From a virus (taxonomy: Duplodnaviria; Caudoviricetes), in IMG/VR virus record IMGVR_UViG_3300046167_000872, positions 1 through 58,724 of that record: DNA of 58,724 nucleotides; one strand, 5' to 3'. Position 1 is the stretch's first letter. Every line of letters begins with the position of its first letter. Both the position numbers and the translations under genes were made by a program. Positions 12,101 through 23,490 of this stretch are shown here, piece after piece. The notes under the pieces are model-generated. The model made no database searches. It saw only the letters and a list, made by a program, of their open reading frames with translations, and was not told the DNA's origin.

Positions 12101-15100
12101 GGCTGGAATATTACAGTTGACGCTAGGAAATACCATAAAGGTATATTTGGGCACGAGCTCGGGCATGTTTATGGAGAAATATTTGGTTTAAACAGTCCGG
12201 AAAGCTTAGGCAAAATTGTTGATTTTATAAATAAAACAGTAAAAAAGAATACAGGAGAAGATTTAAAAGCCTTGGTGGAAAAGTCTTACGAGGGCAAGCA
12301 GGCTAAAGAACTTAACTCTGAAGAGTACTTAATGGCCGTTATAGAAATTCTTGGAAAAGGAGGAAGTGGCTTAGTAAGAAACAATGTTTATGGAGAAATT
12401 GTCCAAAATTTAAAAGGATTCTACGAAAGGAGAATGAAAAAAGGTTTTGATGGTAAAGCTCCACAACTTAAAATAGAAAGCCCCCAGGAACTTTTGAATC
12501 TTTTACAAAGACTATCTAAGGGGGTTGGTAAAGACGGCTCTGTAAAGCAATTCCAGCAACTATCTAATCTTTACTTAAACAATACCAAAATATTTGACGG
12601 TACTACAAAAGAAATAAAAGGAACATACGGCTCAGAAAATATTAGTGAACAAATTGCTAATATAATGCTAGAGCAAAGACGTATAGCATCTATACCGGCA
12701 TCGGAAAGGAGTGCCGCGCAAATTCAGAAGCTAAAAGATAATGTCATAAAAATTAAAGAGCTAAAAGCTGAAGAGACTGAAATAATTGACGTTAAAAAAC
12801 CAGCTGTTAAAGCACTAAATAAAAAAGTTATATTTTTAGCAGGTGCGGCTGGCAGCGGTAAAACAACGCTTATAAAAAACTTAGGGTTGCCGAGCAAAGG
12901 TTTTGAAATCATTAATCAAGACCCGCTTCTCGAAAAGTTTTCTAAGGAAGCTGGACTCCCTGCAGATATGAATAAGCTCACGTCGGAACAAAAAGAAGAT
13001 TGGCGAGCAGCTCAGGAAAAAGCCGGCAAAGAAACTAGAGAGCGACTAAACAAGCTCAGAGAAGCCGGAACTGGGCTAGTTTTTGACAGCACTGGAGCTG
13101 GTAAAGCTACAATGGAAAGAGATATTAGAGAATTTAAACAAGCTGGTTACGATGTTAAACTTATATTCGTTGATTCTCCTTTAGAAAAATCACTAGAAAG
13201 AAACCGACAAAGAGAAAGAGTGCTTACTGACACTGCTGTTAGGAATAGCTACGAAGCAGTGCTAGCTAATAAAAAAAGATTTAAGGAAGTACTTGGTACT
13301 GATTTAATAGAAATAAACACAAGCGACGCAGAGGCGGCTCGTAAGGCTACTTCCGATATATCTAGCAAAATAAATGAGTTTATTGGTGAAAAGAAAACCA
13401 TAATAGATGCTGATACAAAGTTTGAAAAGCTAGCTCAGCTTAAAAAAGAAAATATAGAATTAGCCGAAAAATTCGGAAAAGAACCAATTCCGGGTCCTGC
13501 TGAAAAAAGACTTGAAAAAGAAATAATAGAAGACTTAAAAGATCCTATTAATAAGCTTATAACAAATAGGACTAAAGCACTATTTGATCCTATTCCCGAA
13601 GAAGCAAGAGCTGGGGTTACTAGAGAAAAGTTTCAAGATTCTATGCGTTCAGACCTTGTAGCTATGGTACTCAACGAATATAAACCAGGAAAACAGTCTA
13701 TAGAAAAATTCCTTATTAATAGAGGGTACGTAAGAGCTTTTAACCTAGCCGAAAGACTTGGTATTAAAGCAGCAGAAAAAGGAATAGACAAAGGAATTGA
13801 AGCTGCAGAAAAAGTAGCTGCTGAACCCACAAGTGTTGAGCCCACAAAAGGAGTAAAGTTAATTGAACCTGTAGAAAGACTCATTAAAGATCCCGAGCTT
13901 AAAAATAAGTTTAAAAAACAAGTTGAAGAAGCTACAAAGGATTTTGACCCAGGAGAAGTAAACTATAAAACATTGGTAGATGCTGCTCCTGAGCTAACTA
14001 GAAAAGTATTTGGGGAAGTATTAAAAGAAAACGGTAAAGTAGATAAGGCAAAAACAAAAAAGCTTCAACAGCAGTTCATAAGAAATAATGCTGAGGTTAT
14101 CTATGCTTTGCTACCAGAAGGAGCTAGAAAGTTCGCCACGGGTCTTAAAACAGCCACAGGAATACAAGCTAGTCTTTTGAAAAATTTTTATGAAACCGGA
14201 GAACGTACGAAAATGCAGACAGGGACAGAGGCTGGGTTAAAAACTCAGACCAAAAAACCTTTTAATAAAGAAGCGTTCTTAGAAGTTTTCGGAGCAAATA
14301 AAAACCAACCACAAAACCGAAACCAACAAACAGCTATTGACGCTCTCATTAAAGAAGTTGGTAAGGCTATGACAAATAGAGCATACCGTCAGGCATTAGA
14401 GGCGCAGGAGGTTTCTATGAATACTATTCAGAAAATTGCTGATGGCAAGTCTATTAATATGGCTTCACATGGTGTTGCCGAAAAATTTGGTAAAGTATTA
14501 TTAGAAAACCCTTCTGAAAAAAATCAAGCTATTGCGGCACAAGCAATATCAATGATCTCTAGAAACTTACCTAAATTTTATCCTGAAGTTGCATTTGTAA
14601 TGCGAAATTCTGCTAAAAAACGAAATGTTACTTTAGAGTCAATAGTACAGGAAAATATTATGGAGGCCGCGCTTTGGAAAAATAACTATGAAAAAGACGG
14701 GTTAAACTATGTTCCTGCCTCTGAAATAGCTAGTAACGAAGTTATTATTGACAAAGGCAAAAAAACCACTCGTAAACAAAGATATGCGGATAGTGTAGTT
14801 ACATTGCTTGAGTATTTTGGTGACCCTGAAGCAGCAAGTCCTAGCGTTAGAAACGCTTTTTACTCTGCGGTTGGGTATAATAAAATGATAAAATTAGGCG
14901 GTCCTGACGGTTTGCGTATATCTCAGAAAAACTTTAACGCAAATAATAGAACCGAGTTATTAGAAAATGCTTTTAATAAAGGTCAAAAAATCAACTTTAA
15001 TAAGGAAAAAGGGTTTTTTGAGAAAAACCTATCCTCACGCTTTTTTCACAGTCTCTGGAAAAGGGGAGGTTACAAAAAAATACCCTTTTGGAAACGGCTT

Positions 15101-17921
15101 TAACGGAAAATTAGAGCAAAAAACTGTCGAGCTAAGAAAGAAATACAATAACGATACTAGCAATCCTAAGTTCAGAAACGAACTAATTGAGTATATAAGA
15201 AACGAACAAACCCATCCTGATCTTAGAGGTACTATTGATGGGTTCGAAAGAACAGTTGAATCTAATATAAAGCTTTTAACAGACACTTATGCCAATATTG
15301 CAGACGCTTATTTTTCTGGCAAAATGTCTTTTGAAGCTGCTTCTGACTTATTGAGAGTACAAAAAGATCACACAGACGGCATATTTAAAGCTTTAATTCC
15401 TTTCGAGAGCGTAAGCATGGGTAGTATAAAAAAATACGCACGCGGAAAAAACAAAAGAAATACTTTTAATGAGCACATGACAGAGCTTATCAATTATAAT
15501 TTAGACTTTATAAGTTTGCTGAAAAAAGAAGGCATAACAAAAGAACAAGTAAATGAGTCTATTAAAGAATTAGTAAGCGGGCTTAAACAAGCTGTTATCG
15601 ATGTTCCTACACAAAAAGTTAAAGACAGTAGAAGATTTGGAGGGCCTTCAAAAAGAAACTTTGCAGATAGAGCGCTCAATACCTTTTTAAGATCTAATAG
15701 TTTAAATAATGACCTTATAATTTCCGGAGAGCACAAAGGCTTTACTAGAGCGGAAGCGCTATTTGACATGCTTGGTGTTGATGGACTTCAAAAGGCTCTT
15801 AATAGAGTACCTGAAAATAGAAGGTTAAAGCAATGGGGCCAAATTAATGAAGCGCTCAAGTCTTTTGAAACCCAAAAAACTAAAGCTTCCGAAGAATTAA
15901 GTAATCAGTTTAATAGAATTATTGAAGAAACCACAGGCATAAAAGCAGGTGAAGATATTAGTGCTGTTAGAGCCAAAATGGAAGCCGGAGCTAAAGGAAA
16001 GTACAAGCTATTTGTTTCCGCATCTGCAGATGATTTCGTAGGTTTAATGAACTATAATGCAGGCAAAGGAAAGCAAGGTGAAGCTCATCAAAAATGGTTT
16101 CAAGAAAATCTTTACGAACCTTACGCTAGAGCGTACACCGAATTCAACTACGACAATGTGCAAATGGCTAAGCAGTTTAAAGACATTAAAAAACTTATAA
16201 AGAAAAACGCTCCTAAATTTAACTTAAGGAAAAAAATTGAAGGAAGTAAGTTTACGTTTGAACAGGCACTTAGAGCAGCCATATGGGACAGTCAAAAAAT
16301 GGAAGTCCCTGGCTTAAATAAAGCCGATTTGAAATTCCTTAAAGAGGCAGTGGCTTCAAATATTAATTTAAGTGTCCTTAAAGAAAACTTAAAAAGAATA
16401 GCCGGAGGCAAATATGCTAAACCCGGTAAAGATTGGTACGCAGGAGATATTTCAAGCGACTTAAGACGAGGCCTTAATACTACCATAAGAGCCAAGCGAC
16501 TAGCAGCATGGAAAGAAAACGTAGACTTAATATTTACACCTGAAACGATGAATAAGCTGGAAGCAGCGCACGGAACCCCTTATAGAAAAGCATTGGAAAA
16601 TATGCTTGATGCAATGTATACCGGTAAAACTCGTAGAGCAGGGAAAGGATCTTTAGAGGGAAGAAGTTTAAATTACCTTAATAATTCAGTAGGTACTATT
16701 ATGTTCTTAAATCAACGGTCAGCAACCCTTCAAATGCTTTCTGCTGGGAACTATATAAATTGGAGCGATAATAATCCTTTAAAAGCCGCTTCTGCTGTGG
16801 CTAATATTCCTCAGTTCGCAAAAGACGTTAAAACACTTTTTAACTCTGACTGGGCAAAATCAAGAAGAGAAGGTTTGCGTATAAATGTAACAGAATCAGA
16901 AATTGCGGATGCCGTTACAGGCTCTAATAATACACCTAAAAGTATTGTATCATTGCTTCTCAAAAAAGGATTTTTACCAACGCAAATTGCTGATGCCGCA
17001 GCTACGGCTTTAGGAGGGGCTTCTTTTTACCGTAATAGAATTAAAACGTATGAAAAGCAAGGATTAGAAACAAAAGAGGCAGAAGCTAAAGCTATGCAGG
17101 ATTGGGTTGAAATTTCTGAAACAAACCAACAGTCGTCAAGGCCTGATAAAATAAGTATGCAGCAGCGCAGTGATCTTGGGAAGATTGTTTTAGCATTTGC
17201 TAATACACCTATGCAGTACACCCGAGAAACTAAAAAAGCTATTTTAGACCTTAAAAACGGTCGCGGGGATGCAAAAACAAACTTAAGCAAAATAGCCTAC
17301 TATACTTTTCTGCAAAACGCAATATTTGCAGGTTTACAAAGCGCGATATTTAAAATGGCGTGGTCTGATGACGAAGAGGATCAAAAGTTTTTAGAAAACA
17401 AAGCGCCTAGAATAATTAACAGTATGGCTGATTCTTTTTTAAGAGGAATGGGTTATGGTGGAGGTATTGTATCGATGCTTAAAAATACAGGGTTAAAACT
17501 TGCCAAGGAGTATAAAAAAGGGTATAAAGGGGATTTAGAAAGCGCCGCATGGGAGTTACTAAAAATTTCACCGCCGGTATCTTCTAAAGTGGATAAAATA
17601 AGATATTCATTTAAAGAAATAGATAGAGCAGGAGGATTTGAAAAAGCAATAAAAGAACCTATAGCGCTAGATAACCCGTTAGTAAAATCTAGCTCTTTGC
17701 TAACAGAGGCTGTGCTTAATGTTCCAGCTTCAAGAGCCTTGACTAAAATTCAAAACTTAACCGAGGTTGCTAATTCTCAAAGAGAGTGGTACGAAAAGCT
17801 TGCGCTGCTAAGTGGGTGGAAAGCATGGGAAATTGACCCCGAAATATCAAAAACAAAAAAGCAAAAATCCTCAAAAATAGACAAACAAAGAAGACTACAA
17901 AAAAGAAAAATGAGCAGATAG
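9101..17921 (+). CDS. Giant internal virion/polyvalent protein, about 2,940 aa (frame break near 15006-15019)
   Basis: HELGH zincin motif (12152-12166), GAAGSGKT Walker A (12842-12865), sigma region 2-like segment (about 13510-13770); removing one base joins 9101..15103 with 14967..17921. Confidence 0.7.
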
Positions 17922-17962
17922 GAAAACAAAAAAATGGGCGCTAACCCCAACATTCCTATAAT

Positions 17963-17997
17963 AAAAAAGGGCCCTCATAACCGAGAGCCCTTTTTTT
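17963..17997. terminator. Bidirectional rho-independent terminator
   Basis: AAAAAAGGGCCCTC-ATAACC-GAGAGCCC-TTTTTTT between the convergent plus and minus blocks. Confidence 0.8.
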
Positions 17998-18015
17998 ATT
18001 TACCTTGACAGGGAT

Positions 18016-19738
18016 TTAACCATCACATGCTATACACGAGTCATCCATTGCTTTAGCTGCAATATCTCCTCGTAACACGCTTTCTGTTCTCATATAATAT
18101 AAAGTCTTAATTCCGTTTTTCCAAGCCGCTAAATGTACTTTATTTATCCATTTAGGACTAGCTTCAGAAGGAAACGCTAAGTTAAGACTCACTGCTTGAT
18201 CAATATACTGTTGACGCAAACCTGCTTGCTCAACAAGCTCTAGTTGATTAATCTCTTTAAAGGTTTTAAAAACCTCTTTGATAGGTATTTCATGCTCGCC
18301 AACCGTGACTTCATCTAACTTACTAATACCTTGTATAGACCCTCCATCTTCTAGAATTTGATTCCAAACCTCAGAAGTATTCATTCCGATCAGCCTTAAA
18401 TGTTCTTCTAGTGCAGGATTTTTTCTAATAAAAGTCCCTTTAGCAGATTGCTCGGTAAATACATTAGCAGCCCAGGGCTCTATCCCCGGAGATACATTAC
18501 CACTAAGCTTACTATTACTAACAGTGGGAGCGACAGCGCGTAAGTGAGTATTGCGCATACCAGTACCAACACACCATAAGGGCTCGCCATAAACTTCCGC
18601 AAGGTCTCTACTCGCTCTTTCACTTTCAATTTTGATTTGACTAAAAATCTTCCTAGTAGCGAATTGCGCAAGTAATCCTTCAAACGGAATTCCGTTGGAT
18701 TGTAAATAACTGTGCCATCCAAGGACCCCGAGACCAAGCGCTCTTCCTTTCTGGGCTGATCTAACTGAGTTTTCAAATCCTCGTAAGCCTTTTGCCTTTT
18801 GTATGAACTCTTCGAGGACTCCGTCCAGAAACCACGTAGCATCATATATAAGGTTTGTATCTTTCCATTCGTCATATTTAGCTATATTTAAAGATGATAA
18901 ACAACATACAAAGCTATGTGTTTCATCTGTGTGCAGTGTAATTTCACTACAAATGTTTGTCATGTGAACCTTAAGCCCGTTTTCTTTATATGCTTTTGGA
19001 TTCGCTTTGTTAACGTTTCCTTTAAACATAATATACGGCTCTCCAGTTGCTTTTCGTTTTCTAAGTAATTTACTCCATCTATCTCTAGCTTCCGCATCCC
19101 CTTGCTCAAGTTTGCGCATAAACTTATCGCCAACAACTGCGCACTGATGTAAATTAAGCGATTGTCTGTTAACATCGCCCTTTAGGCTCTCGTATTTCCA
19201 ACCATTCTTCGAAATCGTCGTGCTCAATATTGATATTAACGGAAGCAGCTCCTCTTCTGACGGATCCTTGATTGGTAGCGAGGATTGTGCTATCATAGAT
19301 TTTGCAAAAAGGTACGACTCCATCTGATGTTCCATTTCCTGTAATTTTAGCGCCAGCGGGTCTGATTTGATTTATGCCAATGCCAACTCCACCGCCGTGC
19401 TTAGCGAGTAACATCATCTCTAAGTTTTTAGTTCCGATATCTTGTATGCTATCAGCAACATCGATGCCAAAGCAGCTAATAGGCAAGCCTCTATCGGTAC
19501 CTGTATTTGATAACACCGGAGAAGCTAAGCATAGCCAACCTTTCCAAATATAGTCAAAGAAATTACCGGCTAACTCAGGTTTGTCTAATCTTCTACTAAC
19601 TGCCGTACATACTCGCTCGTATGCCATTCTAGGGGTTTCACCTTTAAGCAAATATCCTCCACTAATTGTTTTTTTGTATACTTCTGTATCGCCCCATTCT
19701 GGGTAGTCGATTCCTTTGATCCATTCATTATTCCACAT
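18016..19738 (-). CDS. nrdA: Ribonucleotide reductase class I alpha subunit (extra base near 19178-19180)
   Basis: LPISCF, GGGVG, TNICSEI, APTVS motifs and C-terminal CIACDG; removing one G joins the two ORFs (IREPKGDVNRQ). Confidence 0.92.
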
Positions 19739-19741
19739 ATG

Positions 19742-20020
19742 TTATTTAAAAAATAGCATGGCATAAGCCATCATTACGTTAACATTAACTAATACTAAGT
19801 TCCATTGCTTAGCTACAAATACTTGAGGTACTGAAAATAACCCTGCTAAAAAGTATATTACAATTCCTGGTGTTTCGGGCAACATATGAGGAGCGGTTAT
19901 AAAAAAACCGGTCCCCATATACCCTAATCTATTCGCTATCCTTTCCAGAGGGCTTAGCTTCCTCTGCTTTACTAGATTCTGAAGCAGCCTTCTCTTGAAG
20001 GTCTTTGATTGCTTTTGCAT
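19742..20020 (-). CDS. Small membrane protein
   Basis: Hydrophobic C-terminal segments; start uncertain because it overlaps the upstream ORF. Confidence 0.5.
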   Translation of the reverse strand: MQKQSKTFKRRLLQNLVKQRKLSPLERIANRLGYMGTGFFITAPHMLPETPGIVIYFLAGLFSVPQVFVAKQWNLVLVNVNVMMAYAMLFFK

Positions 20021-20159
20021 AATCAGGCATTAATTTAATTGTTTCTAATGTGCCTACTGCTAAATTAGTAAGCTGTTGTGTTTCCATCATAAGTTTTTGA
20101 GCCACTTTACCAAGTGTTTCAATCTTATTTTGCATTTCTATTAACTTGCTTTCTTTCAT
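19929..20159 (-). CDS. Hypothetical coiled-coil protein
   Basis: 76 aa ORF, tightly packed in the operon. Confidence 0.55.
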   Translation of the reverse strand: MKESKLIEMQNKIETLGKVAQKLMMETQQLTNLAVGTLETIKLMPDYAKAIKDLQEKAASESSKAEEAKPSGKDSE

Positions 20160-20160
20160 A

Positions 20161-20610
20161 TTATAAATTTGATATAATTCCTATTAGTACGATTAGCGCT
20201 CCACTTATATAAGCTGCTTTGTATGTCATGTCTCTATCAAACATAATATCGGGTTTTCTTCGGTGACATTTAAAGTAGCTTGTAAACGGATACTTTTTTT
20301 TGTCAATTATAGATAGCCCTCCTTTTTTGTCGATTAAATCCATTGCATTTCCGCCAACCCATCCGACAGCAAATAGCTCCCAAAACCCGCTTATAATAGC
20401 GGAAAATACAAAAAGAGTTAACAACGTAAACTCCATTTTTAAAAACTGTTTAAAAGTTCCATAGCTAGTTTCTCCTAGTCTATCTACGACATCGTGAGAA
20501 GCAAAAGCCAGAACACCTCCTACAGTACCTGCTACTAATTCATTTTTTGTTAATCCGTAGGTAGCCATAACTATAGCTGTACCTACTGTTGCGTGAACGT
20601 TTGTATACAT
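20161..20610 (-). CDS. Membrane protein with His/Asp motifs
   Basis: VHA, SHDVVD and MDLID motifs plus several hydrophobic segments. Confidence 0.5.
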   Translation of the reverse strand: MYTNVHATVGTAIVMATYGLTKNELVAGTVGGVLAFASHDVVDRLGETSYGTFKQFLKMEFTLLTLFVFSAIISGFWELFAVGWVGGNAMDLIDKKGGLSIIDKKKYPFTSYFKCHRRKPDIMFDRDMTYKAAYISGALIVLIGIISNL

Positions 20611-20612
20611 AC

Positions 20613-21182
20613 TTATTTAATTATTTTATAAAACATTACAAATACTACTCTACTACTATTAAATTCTTTTGGGTATTTACTATGAAAATAATTGCATGGG
20701 TACGTTAATATTCTATTTGGCATATGGCCTACTACCGAATTTAATTTCCATTTAGATACGTCATTAGAATCTTCTTTTAGTAATTTATCAAAACTTTCAG
20801 GTGTCGCGTTATTTAAGCTATACCCTTTAGTTTTGTGAATCCAAAAAGCCGTGCCGTTTAAAGCCGACTCTTTGTTTTCACTCATATAAATAACAGCGGC
20901 TCTATCTGGCTGCTGACCATCTATTATTGAATCATTATGTATTCTCCAGTCGTTGTCCTGATTTGGCTTAGCTTCCCTGAAAAAACATAAAATATTTTCT
21001 ATTTTTTTGTTTTCTAATAAGCTTATTTTTATAGTAATATATTCAATAAATTCTTTACTAGGTTGCATTACCCAAAAAGATTTACCTGGAGTTTTAACTT
21101 CTTTAAAGTCCGTTAGTGTTTTGTTAAGCTCTTTAAATAAAGTTCTATCTATAAAATTATCTTCTATTTTTATCATTACCAA
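20613..21182 (-). CDS. 2OG-Fe(II) oxygenase-like protein
   Basis: HxD (IHND), AVIYM, GTAFW, NRILTY..FHS and terminal R motif. Confidence 0.7.
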   Translation of the reverse strand: MVMIKIEDNFIDRTLFKELNKTLTDFKEVKTPGKSFWVMQPSKEFIEYITIKISLLENKKIENILCFFREAKPNQDNDWRIHNDSIIDGQQPDRAAVIYMSENKESALNGTAFWIHKTKGYSLNNATPESFDKLLKEDSNDVSKWKLNSVVGHMPNRILTYPCNYFHSKYPKEFNSSRVVFVMFYKIIK

Positions 21183-22144
21183 ATATCTTCAAAATCTTCG
21201 CCTTCATTTGCCTTACTATAATCGGTAGGTCTAATAGCAAAGAAATCGGTATGAGTATGCCCACCAGTAAGATGGTAAAACCAATCAAGATTTGCTGCTG
21301 CTTTTTCGTTGAAAGGGAAATACCCGCCAAGATCAACATACCCAAGTTCCACAAGTTTTTCATTTGCTCTTTTCTTTATAAAGTGTTTTAAGTCGTTAGC
21401 AGAAATACCTTCTATATCACCCATTTCAAACATCTTATCGATGTAATTCATTTCTAGCGATATCATAGTTTCAGCTGCTTTGATAACATCTTCTCTGCAT
21501 AAATTTAAAAGTTGATCGTCTTCTTCGCACATATGCCTAAATAACTGACATCCCATTTTGCTATGAAGCGATTCGTCTCTAACAGACCACTTCATTTGTT
21601 GACCAATTCCCTTAAGCCTGTTGCGCATTTGGAAGGAGTACAAGACAGCAAAAGCGGAGTAAAGGCTAACACCTTCAGCAAAACCACTGAAAATAGCCAA
21701 AGAAGTACCAATACCACGCGTATTCTGCCCTTCGTACGCCACCAAGTTCTCAAAGCGCTCAGCCGTCGCAGGTTCGTGTAAGAAAGCTTCATAATCTTCT
21801 AGTCCTAATGTTTCGTTTAAATAACTATAAGCGACTGCATGAATTGTTTCTTGAGAGCCAAACATCATTGCCATTTGCTGTATTTCGTGTTTAGGAAACC
21901 AGCTAACAACTTTTTGTGTCCAATAATCTGACACCGCGCATTCTGTTTGAGCAAAGCCTAGTAAAATATTGCCTACTAAGTTTTTTTCTTTCTCGTCTAA
22001 ATTTTCATTCCAGTCTTTGATATCACCTTGCATTGATATTTCAGTGTGTAACCAAAAAGCTTGTGCTTGCTTTAGCCAACCTTCGGTATAGTACTCTGGA
22101 TATTCAAAAGGTTTGTATTCTACTCTTGGATCAAATAATCCCAT
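21176..22144 (-). CDS. nrdB: Ribonucleotide reductase class I beta subunit
   Basis: YKPFEYPE, FW, ETIHAVAY, EGVSLYSAF, RDESLH and DFF motifs. Confidence 0.93.
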   Translation of the reverse strand: MGLFDPRVEYKPFEYPEYYTEGWLKQAQAFWLHTEISMQGDIKDWNENLDEKEKNLVGNILLGFAQTECAVSDYWTQKVVSWFPKHEIQQMAMMFGSQETIHAVAYSYLNETLGLEDYEAFLHEPATAERFENLVAYEGQNTRGIGTSLAIFSGFAEGVSLYSAFAVLYSFQMRNRLKGIGQQMKWSVRDESLHSKMGCQLFRHMCEEDDQLLNLCREDVIKAAETMISLEMNYIDKMFEMGDIEGISANDLKHFIKKRANEKLVELGYVDLGGYFPFNEKAAANLDWFYHLTGGHTHTDFFAIRPTDYSKANEGEDFEDIW

Positions 22145-22161
22145 ACTTTGTTTAAGTTTAA

Positions 22162-22368
22162 TTATCTACAATCTATTACTCTATTCCCCCATTCAAAAGT
22201 TTGCGTTGTAACAAACGGACCACCACAATTGTTCCACCAGTACTCTTTTGTAACAACTTCGCCGTTGCTAAAATAAGTAGTTGTTTCTACACAGTAGCAG
22301 TCATCGTTTGAACATCCCAGTGTAAGAATTGCTAGACAAAAAAACTTTAATATATATATTTTAACCAT
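22162..22368 (-). CDS. Putative lipoprotein
   Basis: Signal-like N-terminus ending LTLGC; Cys-rich. Confidence 0.5.
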   Translation of the reverse strand: MVKIYILKFFCLAILTLGCSNDDCYCVETTTYFSNGEVVTKEYWWNNCGGPFVTTQTFEWGNRVIDCR

Positions 22369-22537
22369 GATCTATTATACCTTTTATGTTTTCAATTGTG
22401 TTTAACCACTGGTCTAAGTTTTCTAACACTTCTTTTTTAGTGGGTTTATTTTTACGTATGTATTCCATTTCGGCTTCTATAGCTTCTATAAAATACTTTA
22501 CGCCTTCTAGTTGTAGATTTTCATTCGTCTTGCTCAT
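22361..22537 (-). CDS. Hypothetical protein (58 aa, not in ORF track)
   Basis: MSKTNENLQLEGVKYFIEAIEAEMEY... translated by hand; fills the operon gap. Confidence 0.5.
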   Translation of the reverse strand: MSKTNENLQLEGVKYFIEAIEAEMEYIRKNKPTKKEVLENLDQWLNTIENIKGIIDHG

Positions 22538-22676
22538 AGTAAACAGTCAAGCATAAATCAATAAAAGGCAAGTACAATACATGATCTGTCCTATTATCTG
22601 ATGGATAGCTTCTAATTCCTAAGCAAATACCTTGATATAATCCTAAACTTAATTCCCAGCCAGTTTCTTTATTCAT
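22521..22676 (-). CDS. Hypothetical protein (51 aa, not in ORF track)
   Basis: MNKETGWELSLGLYQGICLGIRSY...LYLPFIDLCL translated by hand. Confidence 0.55.
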   Translation of the reverse strand: MNKETGWELSLGLYQGICLGIRSYPSDNRTDHVLYLPFIDLCLTVYYEQDE

Positions 22677-23133
22677 TGTTTTTCTTTTCTAAAATTATTC
22701 TAATTGTTTCATCTACCTCTTTTTGATTTTGAGGTTTGTACAGCGTTATATGAGGAAATTGATTAACAACAAGTTGCTTGAATAGCTTCCATCGCATCGG
22801 GAAAGATTCGTTAGCTCTACCTTTTGTTTCTATTATAAAGTCATCTCCGATAAAGTCAGGAGTATACTTTATAGGTAGTATTCTTTTGCAACCTCTGTTT
22901 TTATATTCGCCTTTACCGTTGGATTGTCTTTCATATACTTCGTTTTGGAAGTGGAATCCTGGAACTAAGACAAACGTTTCACCCTCGTATTTAGCTTTGA
23001 TTTTGTTTTTTTTCAAAGCCATGTACATATATTTCTCTAAGCCCGAAGCAAAGTCGATACCATCATATGACACCTTCTTTGCCTGCACTGGGCCTTTTTT
23101 TCTACTTCTTTTATTATAACGTGGTCTTTTCAT
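22669..23133 (-). CDS. PD-(D/E)XK endonuclease, T7 endonuclease I/resolvase-like
   Basis: FASGLE, YTPDF and IETKG motifs. Confidence 0.8.
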   Translation of the reverse strand: MKRPRYNKRSRKKGPVQAKKVSYDGIDFASGLEKYMYMALKKNKIKAKYEGETFVLVPGFHFQNEVYERQSNGKGEYKNRGCKRILPIKYTPDFIGDDFIIETKGRANESFPMRWKLFKQLVVNQFPHITLYKPQNQKEVDETIRIILEKKNNE

Positions 23134-23490
23134 TTACTTTAGTATTTCTTTGTACTCTTCAGTAGCATCCGCTAAAGCTTTAACAGGATCACTCGGGTTT
23201 TTGTTTTTTTCTACAATAACTTCAATATCTTTTTCTGTCATTTCACCCCGGGTGTTATCTGTATAGGTTTCTTTGGCTTTTTGTAAATACAATACAGCAT
23301 CCATTAACTCTTCTTGCAAATGATTAAGCCATTCAACAACAGCTGAAGGATCATCATTTAAAGTAACCCCGTATTTTGCAAAGCCAACATCCGAGCGGCT
23401 AACGAACTTGTCTACAACCCGCTCAACAACTGGATCTCTGAATTTTATTTCTTTTTTATTCATTATAGTTTTACTGATTGATGAGTCCAA
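23134..23490 (-). CDS. Conserved phage protein
   Basis: GFAKYGVTL...WLNHLQEELMDAVLYL motif; start may be at MNKKEI. Confidence 0.6.
   Translation of the reverse strand: MDSSISKTIMNKKEIKFRDPVVERVVDKFVSRSDVGFAKYGVTLNDDPSAVVEWLNHLQEELMDAVLYLQKAKETYTDNTRGEMTEKDIEVIVEKNKNPSDPVKALADATEEYKEILK

Noticed and set aside
15006-15019. GGGTTTT slippery-like site in the giant gene
   Set aside because: Joining the ORFs requires a +1 shift, not the -1 shift such heptamers promote
9101-17921. Giant protein as a crAss- or N4-type virion RNA polymerase
   Set aside because: No DFDxD/DxDGD catalytic motif seen in either ORF; a divergent polymerase cannot be excluded without structure prediction
18027-18037. TGCTATACAC match at the end of nrdA
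   Set aside because: Single copy explained by the CIAC codons; coincidental
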